Positions 1-11,399 of a stretch of 64,000 nt of DNA are shown piece after piece. The DNA lies in contig OZ024744.1 of NCBI GenBank assembly GCA_964016885.1, positions 70,680,001-70,744,000 of the forward strand. Reading direction: 5' to 3'. Within the stretch, counting starts at the first letter, position 1; each line of letters starts with the position of its first letter. This stretch comes from Eledone cirrhosa. Taxonomy: Eukaryota. The notes beneath the pieces are model-generated. The model was not told the origin of the DNA, made no database searches, and saw only the letters and a list, made by a program, of their open reading frames with translations. The position numbers were made by a program, and so were the translations under genes.

Positions 1-972
1 AAAAAGGAATTCACATTTAAAAGGATTCCTTTCTTCGAAATCCCCCGAATCGTAGTTGATTGTTTTAAGAGTAATGTTTCTGGGACCTATATAGTAAGAA
101 AACCTACACAGAAGCTAACTACACCTGTTATTTTCTTCCATAAAACGTGACTAAATATAGACATAAATATGAATTAATTAATCGGGAATCTCTTCCAAAT
201 CATATCAGAATTGAGGAATTATTTATAACCCCTATAATCGATGTTTTGGACAACGTTCGCTCAATTATACCACCCAAAAGCAAAATTTGCACTTAATCGC
301 CATTCTCTCCCCGAGAAACAAAAAATGAATTTACCTGAATGATCATAAATTCTCAGAAATCTTAGCAGAATTATAAAGGGGACCTATAGAAGCCCCAATA
401 TGTTGTGTTACTTCTTGCTCAAAACAAAAATTGCCACCACTCTCCAAGCAAAAAGTGACAAACAATATGAAACCTCTTCTAAATTCGCAGAAATCCTAGC
501 TGACTCAATAAGGGAACATTAAAAGAGCCTTATATACTGTCGTGGGACCTTTTTCCTAAGTATTTCGCCCACAATAAGTTCATACACTTAATGTTCTTCC
601 TAAAGACACAAAGTGCTCTTAATAAGCATATTGAAATTTCTCAAATATATTCTAAGCATATGACATTAATTAAAATTCTTTTAATAAACAAAATTATTCT
701 AACTAATTTAAATTACAAAACACACGGAAGTCCCCATACGTTCTTAACAAAAACAGCTATTTACTATTCTTTCTCCCACACAAAAGAAAGGACACATATA
801 TATACACAGTTAAATAAAATTCCTTCTTAAAAGCCTCTAGAAAACGCAGCCAATATTAAGGGATTCTTTCAAAACCCATAATCGTTTTTGGACCTGTTTT
901 TGAACAACATCCCGCCCAGAAGAAGCAAATCGCCATTTGTCTCATGCAAATAATACAAAAATATAACTTTAC

Positions 973-1333
973 CTGAATTTCCTGCTTCCAAATCTCCAGA
1001 AATCGTAGCAGAATCATCAAGGGGCCCATTACAAGCCCCTAATCGCTCTTCTCGGTCTCTTTCTTCCATATCCCGGCCAGACGAAGCAAAATTTTGTAAA
1101 TTCCCACTTCCCCCACCGTCATCGCCGCCATTGCTTTCTATACAATTTCTCGTATTCAAGGGGTTATTTCGATATTTTGACAGTTCTGATATGTTAGGTA
1201 CGATGAATATACAAGCCCCAGTCCCTGGGGTCGGGCCTGAAGCAGGTCCTGTGGTTGTAGCGGCGGTGTTTAAGGGGTTAATTGCGTTTAATGTGTCCCT
1301 GGTTCTCGTCGTCGAAGATTCGATGTCGGCCAT
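973..1333 (-). CDS. Possible first coding exon of an unidentified host gene (low-complexity N-terminus)
   Basis: Open frame MADIESSTTR...GDLEAGNS in a locally GC-richer patch. Start context is gctATGG and the frame runs into a CAG|GTAAAG donor at 973/972. No recognisable domain; downstream exons would lie outside the window. Confidence 0.35.
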
Positions 1334-1339
1334 AGCAAG

Positions 1340-4150
1340 CTTGTGGTGGTGGTGGTGAAAAGAGATGGCTTGTAACGTGGTAGCTACCTAGTGGTAGTGG
1401 TGAGAGTAGATATGGGATGTCGTGATAGTGGTGGTGAGTGCTTTGTTGTGGTGGTGGTGAGAGTAAAGAATGTACGTCGTTGTAGTAGTCGTGGTGTCAC
1501 TGCTGCGGGGTTTTGGTTGTTTATTAAAGTGGTAGCCGTTTGTAGTAGAGGTGAGAGTATATGAATAAAAGCAGTCGTAGTAGTCGTCATACTTACTTAA
1601 TTTATAGAGGTGGCTGTTTGTTGTGGTAGTGGTGAGAGTAAAGAATATAGGTCATTGCAATAGTGGTGGTGTTTTAAAGGGGGGAAGGGGCCTAGTGAGG
1701 TGGTTGTTTGTTGTGGTAGTAGTGGGAGTAGAAAACACGATGTCGTCGTTGCCGTAGCCGTGGCATTTTTGGTCGAGAAATGAAGTGGGTGTTTGTTATG
1801 GTAGTAGTGGGAGTAAACAATTAAAAACCTCAATGTCGTCGTTGTAGCCGTCACATTTTTGGTTGATAAACGAGGTGGGTGTTTGTTGTGGTATTAGTGG
1901 GAGTAGATAATTGTATATCGTGATCATAACTGTGACACTTTTTGGTTGATTAATGAGGTGGCTGCTATTTGTGGTGAGAGTAAAATATGTACACCGTCGT
2001 GGGGTTTTGGTGATGTATCGACGTGGTTGCTTGTTGTGACGGTAGTGTGAGTAGAAGATATAGGTTGTCGTGAGACATTAATGTGGTAATGGTGAGAGTA
2101 AAAGACTGTGTTGTGATAGTTGTGATACTATAGTAATGTATTAAGGTAGTTGCTTTGTTGTGGTCGTTGATTGTAGTAGTTGCTTAAATGATTTAAAGAA
2201 GAGGTAGCTTTTTTGTATTTGGCGATTATAATAGAGGCTGTGTGGTTTGGTAGTTTGTTGTTCTAGTGGTATGAATAAAGACTACGTAAGTGACTAGAGT
2301 TTTGGTATGGTGAGAGTAAATAACGTGTGTAGTTGTCTTTGTGCTTTGGTTTGGTTATTTATTTTAAAAGATAAAGTGAAATGGCCGTGGTGCGAGGTTC
2401 TCAGTGGTATTTTGAGGCGGTTGCTTATGATTGCAGTCGTCGTAATAGTGGCGCTGTAGTGATGTATTTAGGTGGTTGCTTTGTTGTGGTGTTAGTCGAA
2501 GTAAAGAATGAACGTCATTGTAGTAGTCGTGGTGTGCCCGCTGCTGCTGTTTTAGTCATTTAAGCTGGTAGATGTTTATGGTTGGAGTAAGACTTCTTAC
2601 GTCGTGGTGTTTTCGTCGTCGGAGTAAAGAAAATGTGTGTAGGTGTAGTAGTTGTGATGTATTTTTTGTATTTTTGCTAATTTAGTGAGGTGGTAGTGAA
2701 ACTAAAGGATATATGTAGTTGTAGTAGTGGTGACTTTGCTACTGTTTTAATCATTTATTGAGGTGATCGTTGTGGTGGATGTGTTTTTATTTATATATTT
2801 ATTATAGTTGACAATCCTTTGTAAGCGGTAAACGAAATGTAAACAAACGAATCGATATATTCCATTAACGTCTATACATACATATGTGTTTGTGTAATAC
2901 AAGTATTTATTGGTTTATATGTATTAGATATTTACCCTCTACTTTCTTTATAAAATACTAAGCTGATAAATGGTCTTCCTTATCCACACACACACACACA
3001 TATATATATAGTGCAAAGGTAAAAAAAAAGCGGTCTATGCACTGTACAGAACCAAAGTATATTATAAGTTCTCAGCATATATATGCTGAGAACTTATGTA
3101 CTTTTTTTCTGTACAGTGCATAGAGCGCTTTTTACAGTGCTCTTTTTATAAATTTACCGTATAATCGAATATAGCTTCTCTCATCTTTACCAGGATCTAT
3201 ATTGGTAAACCCCAATATAACCATATATGTGTTTGTGTGTGTGTATAATATACGAAGTCAATTCGTTTGTTTACATTTTGTCCTTATAACGTTTATGAAG
3301 TGGAGCGCCTTGTGGGTTTTAATGCGGTGGTATTTGTTTGTTGATGGTGAGAATAAAGAAAGTATGCGGTTGTAGCCGTAGTGGTATGTCGTTTGACGCT
3401 TTGGTTGTTTGGAGTGGTACTAGTATTAGTAGTAGTGAGAGTAATTAGTTTCAGAAGTAGCTGCTTGTTGTGATAGTGCGAGTAAAAAGTCTCTCTGTCG
3501 TGGCCGTTGTAGTTTTGGTAATGTATTGAGGTGGTTGCTTTGTTGTGGCAGTGGTGAGAGTAAAAGAATGTATATTGAGGTGGCTGGTTGTTGTTGTGGT
3601 GTTTGAGAATAGACGAACTATGTAGTAATAGTAGTAGTAGTAGTAGTGGCGGTGGTGGTAGTAGTAGTAGTAATGGTGGTGGTGGTGGTAGTAGTTGTAA
3701 TGGTGGTGGTAGTGGTAGTAATTGTAGTAGTAGTAGTAGTAGCGATGAGTAGTGGTGGTGAAAGTAAATGTTTTGGTGATTTAATGAGGTGGTAGCAGAT
3801 TTTAGTGGTGGTAGTGAGAGCAAATAATCTAAGTCGTCGTTGTACCTGTAGTGAGTGGTTTATCGCTTCTTTTTTTTCGCTACTTTGGTTTTTTTTTCTT
3901 TTAGTGACGTGGTAGCTATCTGTAGTAATGGTGGGAGTATAAGATTATATCCCTGTCACAGTAGCGCTGATGATTTAAGGTAGTGACGTGGTAGCTCCTT
4001 ATAGTGGTGGGAAGAGTAAAGCTTTGTTGTGGTAATGGTGAGAGAAGAATGTACATAACCGTAGCTGTAGTGGCAATAGATTGAGAGATAGTAGTAGTAG
4101 GAGCAACAAAAAAAGTAGCAGTGTCAGTAAAGACAACACAATAAGTAGCA
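1340..4150. repeat. G/T-rich degenerate minisatellite / low-complexity tract
   Basis: Recurrent motif gtggtagtggtgagagtaaa(g/a)aa plus (GTA)n/(GGT)n runs, interrupted by an AT-rich insert at about 2785-3295. Confidence 0.8.
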
Positions 4151-4479
4151 GCAGTCTTAACTATAATATTTACTTACACAGCATCTCTCGTATTTTACGT
4201 TGTCCGCGCCAGTCACCGTCGGAGGTAGAAATAAAATAAAATAGTAACCTGCCACAATTCACAGCTGAAAACAAAATAACACAATGCTAGAAATAGCGCC
4301 AAAAATCTCTCCTTCAAATGCTAGAAATATCAACCAAATCCCTCTTTCAATACATACTTTAAAATTGTAAGAAATAGCTGCCAAAAAAGATCTTAAATAT
4401 ATTTTCTCATTGTCTTTACAACAGACGATTTTCTCTAATTAAATGTTAATTAGTATTCATAAAACAAACATGGAGTTCC

Positions 4480-5083
4480 ACTGAAGCATATGGAGTAGTT
4501 CAAGTATCTCGTGGTCATGTTCACGAGTGATGGAAGTCAGGAGGCTGAATTAAGTGCAAGAATTGCAGGAGCTTGTGCAATAATGCGCCAGCTTCAACAT
4601 TCGGTAATCAGAAGAAGGGAGGTAGGTGCAAAAGTCAAACTCGCTATCTCCAATTCGGTATTCGTGCCAAATCTTACGTATGGTCATAAATCTTGGGTAA
4701 TGACCGAAAGAATACGATCGCGAATACAAGCAGCCGAAATGGGATTCCCCGAACGGTCTTTGGTGTAACGTTACTCGATAGAGTGCATAGCTCGGAGATT
4801 ACAGAGTCACTCCGAATTGAGAGATCACAGCTCCGACATTATGGGCATGTGGTTAGAATGTCTCAGGAAAGAATCACTGGACAGATTTTATGGGCAAAAC
4901 CAACTGACAGGAGACCCAGAGGTAGACCCGAGCAAGATGGTTGGATAACAGCCATGAGCTTGGCTGGTCTCGCTTGGGGATCCAGCCGGATCAATTGAAG
5001 ACGGTTGCTTCTGACAGGACCCTCTGGAAACAGTGTCTGCCCCACAACCTTCTCGGGGATGAGTGGGAGAAGAAGAAGAAGAA
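4480..5083 (+). mobile_element. RTE-clade LINE, 5'-truncated 3' end
   Basis: Frameshifted RT C-terminus (LTYGHKSWVMT...QAAEMGF; QLRHYGHVVRM...RRPRGRP) ending in a (GAA)n tail. Confidence 0.85.
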
Positions 5084-5329
5084 ATATATTTTCTGGCTAA
5101 TTAGAAAGAAATGCTTGTATTTCATTCAAAATATCAAGTTTATACAAGTTATCTCCCTTGCAGCATCAGATTTTTTTATTGCCGTCATCTGCCGTTTCAT
5201 TAAGTATCTACACTCATGCACAAGTCACATTTTTTCCCTCGAAAATGCAACGAGAAAAACAAAACTCCAATTTAAAATGTATAGTATTGTAAATGTTGTT
5301 TACATGAATATATACGGTAGATTAAATGC

Positions 5330-5560
5330 TAAAGTACCCAAATCTCCCTTAACCGCAATATATTAGGAAATGGTAAGGATAGCAGCCAAATCTCCCTCAA
5401 ATCAGTGTTAGGAAATGCTAGAAATAGCAGAAATTGTGTCTTTTGAAATGCTAGTAATAGCAGCTAAATATACCTTGAGTCTTAAAATCCTAGTAATAGC
5501 AGTAAAATCTTCAGATGCTAAAAATGAAAGCAAGAGCTTCTTCAAATTACGTTTTTGCAG
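5330..5560. repeat. Degenerate tandem motif aaatgctagaaatagcagc(c)aaatctccct
   Basis: Motif repeated about 5 times here and again at 4280-4390, on the other side of the RTE insertion. Confidence 0.65.
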
Positions 5561-5649
5561 ACATTGCTAAGAACATTAAGTACTTTGAATATGATATTAT
5601 TGGTAAATTCCATCTATCTAGGGCGGGTAAAATTCCCGAGATTCATGGA

Positions 5650-6290
5650 CGAGTTCTCTCCAGCAATCTCTGTCCTTCATCTTCACCAATATATCCCGCG
5701 TCACCCAGAGACCAGTGTCTGTCTTTAGGACATCAACATGTCAACCTCGGTCTCCCTCTTCTAGTGTGTCCGTGTAGAGGCTCCAACAGGAGCACTGAGT
5801 ACAGTGTCAACTCTGAATATCGGTGAGCATATCCAGCTAACCCCAGTCTTCTCTGTTTCACTTTCGAGCTGCCTTTTGGGAAGCACCTGTACAGCTCTGA
5901 GGTTTTCATCCTCAGTGTATACTGATTAATGTTCAGAGGCATCCTCAGTATTCTTGTGTAGCACCCATCCCCCATCTGAGTAAGTCTCTTGGTCAGTGTT
6001 CAAGTCCCAGACTCGTACTGTAGCGACGAAAAGACGGATCTTCAGGTCTTTACGGAGGTCCGATTTTCACACCGACCTCAAACTGTAACACGCCGCCCAG
6101 GCTTTGTTCTTCCTCTTCACCACATATTCTCTGTGTTCCCAATCTTTGCTCCAAGATACAGGAAATCCTCAACCAGCTCTAGCGGTTTCCCGCCCACATT
6201 CATAATCTTCCCTGGCTCCTTAATTTTCTCTACTAGATACTTCGTCTTACCCTCGTTCATTTTCAGCCCAACTCTAATTCTATTAAATAT
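5650..6290 (-). mobile_element. RTE-clade LINE fragment (second family)
   Basis: Minus-strand peptides LVEDFLYLGAKI and RRLGLAGYAHRYSE...EPLHGHTRRGRP; similar to the 29105-30120 copy. Confidence 0.75.
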
Positions 6291-7419
6291 TTTGTAAATA
6301 ATTAAAAACGGAAAAGGAGGGGAAAGGGATCTCAGGTCACAAAAGGATGGGAGGGGGGAGGTGATGGGCTCTAGACCAGGCGCGCGGTGGTGTTAGGGCT
6401 GTGCCCGCGGACAATGGTGGTCGTGGTGGTAGTAAACTGGGAGAGGCATTCATTTTTACCACTCTATAATTTTCTAAGATGTAAATTTTTCGTAAATATT
6501 AAAATCGGAATTTTAGACAGCACATCAAGAACCAGATAGATAGTGTTCTGCTGGTCACCGAGGTGTTAAACTAGGAGTTTTATTAAGCACACCTCTTTAT
6601 ATATTCCTGCGATGCCATTGTGGTTCTTTCTTAAATACTAAAATTGGACGATTTGTCACAATATCTAGGATCAACTGGTAAGTACTATTTCTTGTAGTTG
6701 TTGTCGTGAGAGACAGGGAGGCGTATTAAGTCTACCACTCTATATTTCCACGGTGTAATTCCTTCCCCATTACTAAAACCGAGATTATTGTAGAAATCTT
6801 GAAGTTTTTACAGTACTCGTAAGCCTCGGGATTTGAGCTACAGTGCCCTTCGTGAATGTATACTCTACTCTATGACTGGTATCGTGGTTTTCTATAAAAC
6901 TGAGTGAGGATCTTGTCACTAAAAAAAATGAGAGAGAGAGGGTGGAGTTTGGGAGAGTGGCTGGAGGGATTTCACACTTGGTCAGACGAGAGGTTTGTAA
7001 AAGCATTCGTTCAAGTTTATCTCCTGGTCTTTGAAAACGTGACAAGTTCAGTAACCATTTAGTAAGCCAGGATTTACAATACAGTGGCCTCTATGAATAC
7101 ATCCCTTAAACATAGACAGGCATCTGGGTAAGCGTTTCTCTGTCACTCGATACTCGAGAGACGGATAATGGAAGGTTTGCATCAATGGTCAATCAGGATT
7201 TGAGTTACATTGCTTTGGCGCCGTGGATTCATTTGGGAGAAAAAAAAGCTAGCAGTTGCCAAATACTATTCAATATTTGCTGTAGCACATCAACGAATCA
7301 AACATTAGATATGCCATCTAATATACAAATAAATTTGTGGAACAGTGTCTTTGATACGAATAAGCGAAATGGATGCACTCAAATTTTGAGGTGGGGTGGA
7401 AGCAAGAGCCGCTACCTCT

Positions 7420-7819
7420 ATGAATCGAGAGATTGCAGCTCCGATATTACGGTTTGAATGTCTCGGGAATGAATCATTGGACAGATTTTACGGGCAAAAC
7501 TAACCGGCATGAAACCTAGGGGTAGACCCCGAGCAAAAGGTTAGATAACATTCATGAGCTTAGCTGGTAACGCTTGGGGATCCAGCCGGATTAATAGAAG
7601 AAGAAGAAGAAGAAGAAGAAGAAGAAGAAGAAGAAGAAGAAGAAGAAGAAGAAGAAGAAGAAGAAGAAGAAGAAGAAGAAGAAGAAGAAGAAGAAGAAGA
7701 AGAAGAAGAAGAAGAAGAAGAAAAAGAAGAAGAAGAAGAAGAAGAAGAAGGAGGAGGAGGAGGAGGAGGAGGAGGAGGAGAAGAAGAAGAAGAAGAAGAA
7801 GAAGAAGAAGAAGAAGAAA
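7420..7819 (+). mobile_element. RTE LINE 3' fragment with expanded (GAA)n/(GGA)n tail
   Basis: Aligns by eye with 4815-4995 (ggtagaccc...catgagct...cgcttggggatccagccgga), followed by about 220 bp of GAA/GGA repeat. Confidence 0.85.
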
Positions 7820-8029
7820 TAAACTTCATGATTCTTTCTTTATTCGATTGAGTGACATGCTTGTATGAGGTTCAGCCACTTCAGCAAAGTGTGGAAGAAA
7901 TTTAACAGACCAAGAAAATATCTCAATTTCCGCAGAGATAAAGTAACATGAAAATGAAGGAATAGCATTCACTTTCTTGGAGACTGGGCGAGTTTCTTTA
8001 TTAACAATGATGTTTTTGAGAAACGATTA

Positions 8030-8325
8030 AGATTCACCTCCGTCGTTCAAACAGTAAAGAGGGGACGGCACAAGGCCATACGGCATGACCATCTTCCCGT
8101 TCCGCGGTGGTAAACCCCTCCTCTGGGATGCCACATACAGCGACACATTCTCCAGCGGCAACCTAGTGCAGTCTGTGATTAACCCCGGCTCTGTAGCACT
8201 TCGAGCTGAGAAGGGCAAATTCTCTAAATATCGGTCGCTCTCCGACAGGTTTGCAGTCGAGTCCGTAGCAGTGGAGACTTCTGGTGTCTTTGACCCTAGG
8301 GCCACCTCCCAACTGACCACCATCG
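8030..8325 (+). mobile_element. CRE-clade non-LTR retrotransposon fragment (restriction-like endonuclease domain)
   Basis: RPYGMTIFPFRGGKPLLWDATYSDT...AEKGKFSKY...AVETSGV, the PD-(D/E)xK RLE signature of CRE elements. Confidence 0.8.
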
Positions 8326-8520
8326 CTTATTAATTTTTGCTAATCTATCTCCGGCGAAATTTTATTTTAAGTGGTAGCATTCCTGTAATATTTAATTTTC
8401 TTTACGTATTAAAAAACATTATACATGAAAAAAACAGAACATTACTAGAAATCTCATACGTTATAAAATTAATAGAATGGGTTGGGGTCTCAATATGTAA
8501 ACTAAACAACTAATTCTGGA

Positions 8521-9200
8521 GGCATACGTTAAGACGGGCGTTCGGGAAAGTGAAAGTAAATTTATTTTCATTTTCGAACGTCGTGTTTACATTTTGTGTG
8601 TGTGTTTAGATCTAAATGAGTGTCGTTTTAACTGATTATATATATATGTATATGTGTGTGTGTGTGTAGTTGTCGGTTGAGAGAAGAGTACTCAATACCG
8701 AAGTAATCTTGTAATGAGGCTTGCAGAATGGTCAGTCCGCCATTCTAGACGCTGCTGCCTTGCAGAAGTCCCAAATCGAAGCTCTGACACTCTCGTCCCC
8801 ATCATTCAGCAGGGATTTTGCCAGGCAGCCGCATCATCTCCGATGGTTGGTCTTCCTATTTTGAAATTGAAGGTGGGATTTACGTTCATGATGTTGTGGT
8901 GCACGAACGGAACTTTGTAGATCCTGCGGACCTTGATGTGCACACACAGCTCATAAAGAACACATGGAGCCGTGCAAAGAAGAAGCTTCGTCGCCAGCAT
9001 GTGCAAGCCTCATTACAAGATTACTTCGGTATTGAGTATTCTTCTCTCAACCGTCAACTACACACACATATACATATATATATAATCAGTTAAAACGACA
9101 CTCATTTAGATCTAAACACACACACAAAATGTAAACACGACGTTCGAAAATGAAAATAAATTTACTTTCACTTTCCCGAACGCCCGTCTTAACGTATGCC
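8521..9200 (+). mobile_element. Merlin (IS1016/ISXO2-like) non-autonomous DNA transposon
   Basis: About 200-bp terminal inverted repeats (8521-8725 / 9002-9200) starting GG. Perfect 9-bp TSD aattctgga (8512-8520, 9201-9209). Internal transposase remnant VPNRSSDTLVPII / PGSRIISDGWSSY...VVHERNFVDP...VHTQLIKNTWSRAK. Confidence 0.9.
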
Positions 9201-9570
9201 AATTCTGGATTTAAAAAAACTAAAAAGACGGAGACAGCCTAGAAAAATTACCCCCCCCCCCTCCACCTTATTCCCAACCCCCTCTATTATTTGGGACCCA
9301 AGAGTACGCACTGCTATAGAGACAGAGTTGTCCGCCATTTGATTGAGCCCCGAGAGTTGGAATTGATATTGGCGCGTAACCCTCACTATCCTCCGGAGTG
9401 ACACATTCTCTATTCTGTCTGTTGGGACCATGAGGTGGCATACATATGAGGTCTTGCGCGTCGGAGAGACAGAACGAATAGGAGTTGGGTGGGAGAGGAA
9501 CAACCTTTAATCGACTGATTCATCCTGTTAACGTTTGCCACTACATATATGTATTCATATTATTTCTGTA

Positions 9571-9842
9571 GGGCGTCGATAAAATAAAGTACCAGTAATG
9601 CACTGGGTAATTGCTGGCCTTGTGCCTAAAGTAGAAACAATTATTTCTGTAGGGCGGTGGATTGGCAGTATCGGTAGAGGGTCTGACGCCATGCTTTGCA
9701 GCATAGAGTTGCGGGCCTTTACGATCTGAGTTCAAATCCCGCCGAGATTAACTTTGCCTTTCATCCTTACGGGGTCATAAAATAAAGTACCAGTAATACA
9801 CTGAAATAATTGCTGGCCTTGTGCCAAAAGTAGAAACAATTA
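9571..9842 (+). mobile_element. tRNA-derived SINE (full copy 9652-9842) preceded by a duplicated 3' half
   Basis: gggcggtggattggcag head, B-box gagttcaaatccc, body aactttgcctttcatcc...gataaaataaagtaccag, tail gtagaaacaattat. tatttctgta occurs three times around the pieces. Confidence 0.85.
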
Positions 9843-10216
9843 TTTCTGTAAATTATCTCCGGTTCTTTGGGAGTCAATAACATTTAACTGCCAAATGGGA
9901 AGTAAATCTTGTATCCTACAGCAGAAGACCTGTATTGATTATTTCCCTTTGACCGTCACTGGAATTTACTTGATTGTTCCATAAGATATAAATATCTCGA
10001 ATAAAAAATAACCAGTTCAAGAAATACCAACATATTCGCTCTAATCATATTCACAACTGTGCAATAAGACATTGATAATGAAAAATAATAAAGAAAATGT
10101 TAAAATAAAAGTATAAACTTCGTAGATAATTTTTATAAATCTTCAGAGATTACCTAGCAACTGGTAAGAATAAACAAAGGGCAAACATACATAACGTTGT
10201 CGATGAGACTTTAGAA

Positions 10217-10567
10217 CAAAGGTTCTCAAAGTGGGCGCTACCACCTCCTGGGGAGCATTGAGAAGGTCGAGCGGTACACTAGAGCCTAAAGGGCAGTGGG
10301 GGTGAAGGTGGTAGAGATAATATAATAGTGTATTAAATATCAAATGATACATATTTATAAATATAGTAAAATAAAAAAATATTTATTTATTCATACATGC
10401 TATATACTGTATTATATTATTTACTATATATAAATTAATGAGTTTATTTATTATATATTATTTACAATTTTCATGTAGGCAAGTCTCTCTGGAAATAGGG
10501 TTGGGGGCGTTGAGAGTATTACGTCACCGTGAGGGAAACGGTGGCCGCAAAAGTTTGAGAACTTCTG
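10217..10567. mobile_element. hAT (Charlie-like) MITE
   Basis: TIRs caaaggttctcaaa / tttgagaacttctg; 8-bp TSD ctttagaa / gtttagaa (7/8 match). Confidence 0.75.
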
Positions 10568-10779
10568 GTTTAGAAGCAAACAAATAGGTATTTGCAAGAA
10601 TCCAAATAGGCTGAAATGTGTAGAAATCGTTGCTTTGGGTATTCTTCGGGTCCTATACGGACATGATTTTAGATTCACACAAGATCAGTTTTTGAAAAAA
10701 AAAAAAAAAAAAAAAAATGCGCCGCGTCAGGGTAAGTTTAAGAATCCAGCGTTCGAGTTATTGGGTATGGTAGAGTTGT

Positions 10780-11100
10780 TGCCTGTCACGTGTCACCTTC
10801 TTCCGAAGAGAAACAGACCATACTGGGGATTGTTCACCCGCTTCCTCTTCGCACCGGTTGCCATCGAAACTTCAAGCGTACTTGGACCCAATACTGCCAA
10901 GTTTCCCCCCCACCCCAAGATCAGAACGTCAGTAGCCCGTCTGAGGAAGGAGCCCCGCGAGGTGGGGTGGCTGTTGCAGGTGTCGCAGGCCATTATCCGC
11001 TGATATGCTTTTGCGGTCTTGTCCGTGGGGTGCAGCACCAGCACTACCGTGACCTAGGCCTGAGCCCATTACTTTCCCGTCCCCCTCCCATTCTTCTGTG
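10780..11100 (+). mobile_element. CRE-clade 3' fragment
   Basis: RFLFAPVAIETSSVLGP...EPREVGWLLQVSQAIIR, homologous to 18923-19180. Confidence 0.7.
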
Positions 11101-11399
11101 ACCCTAGAACCTTTGCCCTTCCCTTCATTTTCCGTTTTTAAATATTAATAGTGTTGTTGTTATTTGAAATAGATTTGTTTATGATTAACATTTTTTTTTA
11201 TTAATAAAACATATTTAACTGATTGAAAAAGAAAAGAAATACTACTAAACAGATGAATGACGCCAAGCTGCAACATATGTTCAAATTCCAGTCTAATTAT
11301 CTTTAAATTTTTTTTTTTTTAATTTAGAGTTTTTTTTAGGTTTTGCTGACAACTGAAGGTTCTCGAATCTTATCGCAGTACACCACAGCGTAGGCCTGG

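Noticed and set aside
7554-7868. Poly-Arg / poly-Ser ORFs
   Set aside because: Translation of the (GAA)n LINE tail.
8714-9093. Bacterial IS contamination or recent horizontal transfer
   Set aside because: Integrated with a TSD in animal repeat-rich DNA and has microsatellite-containing TIRs; fits the eukaryotic Merlin superfamily.
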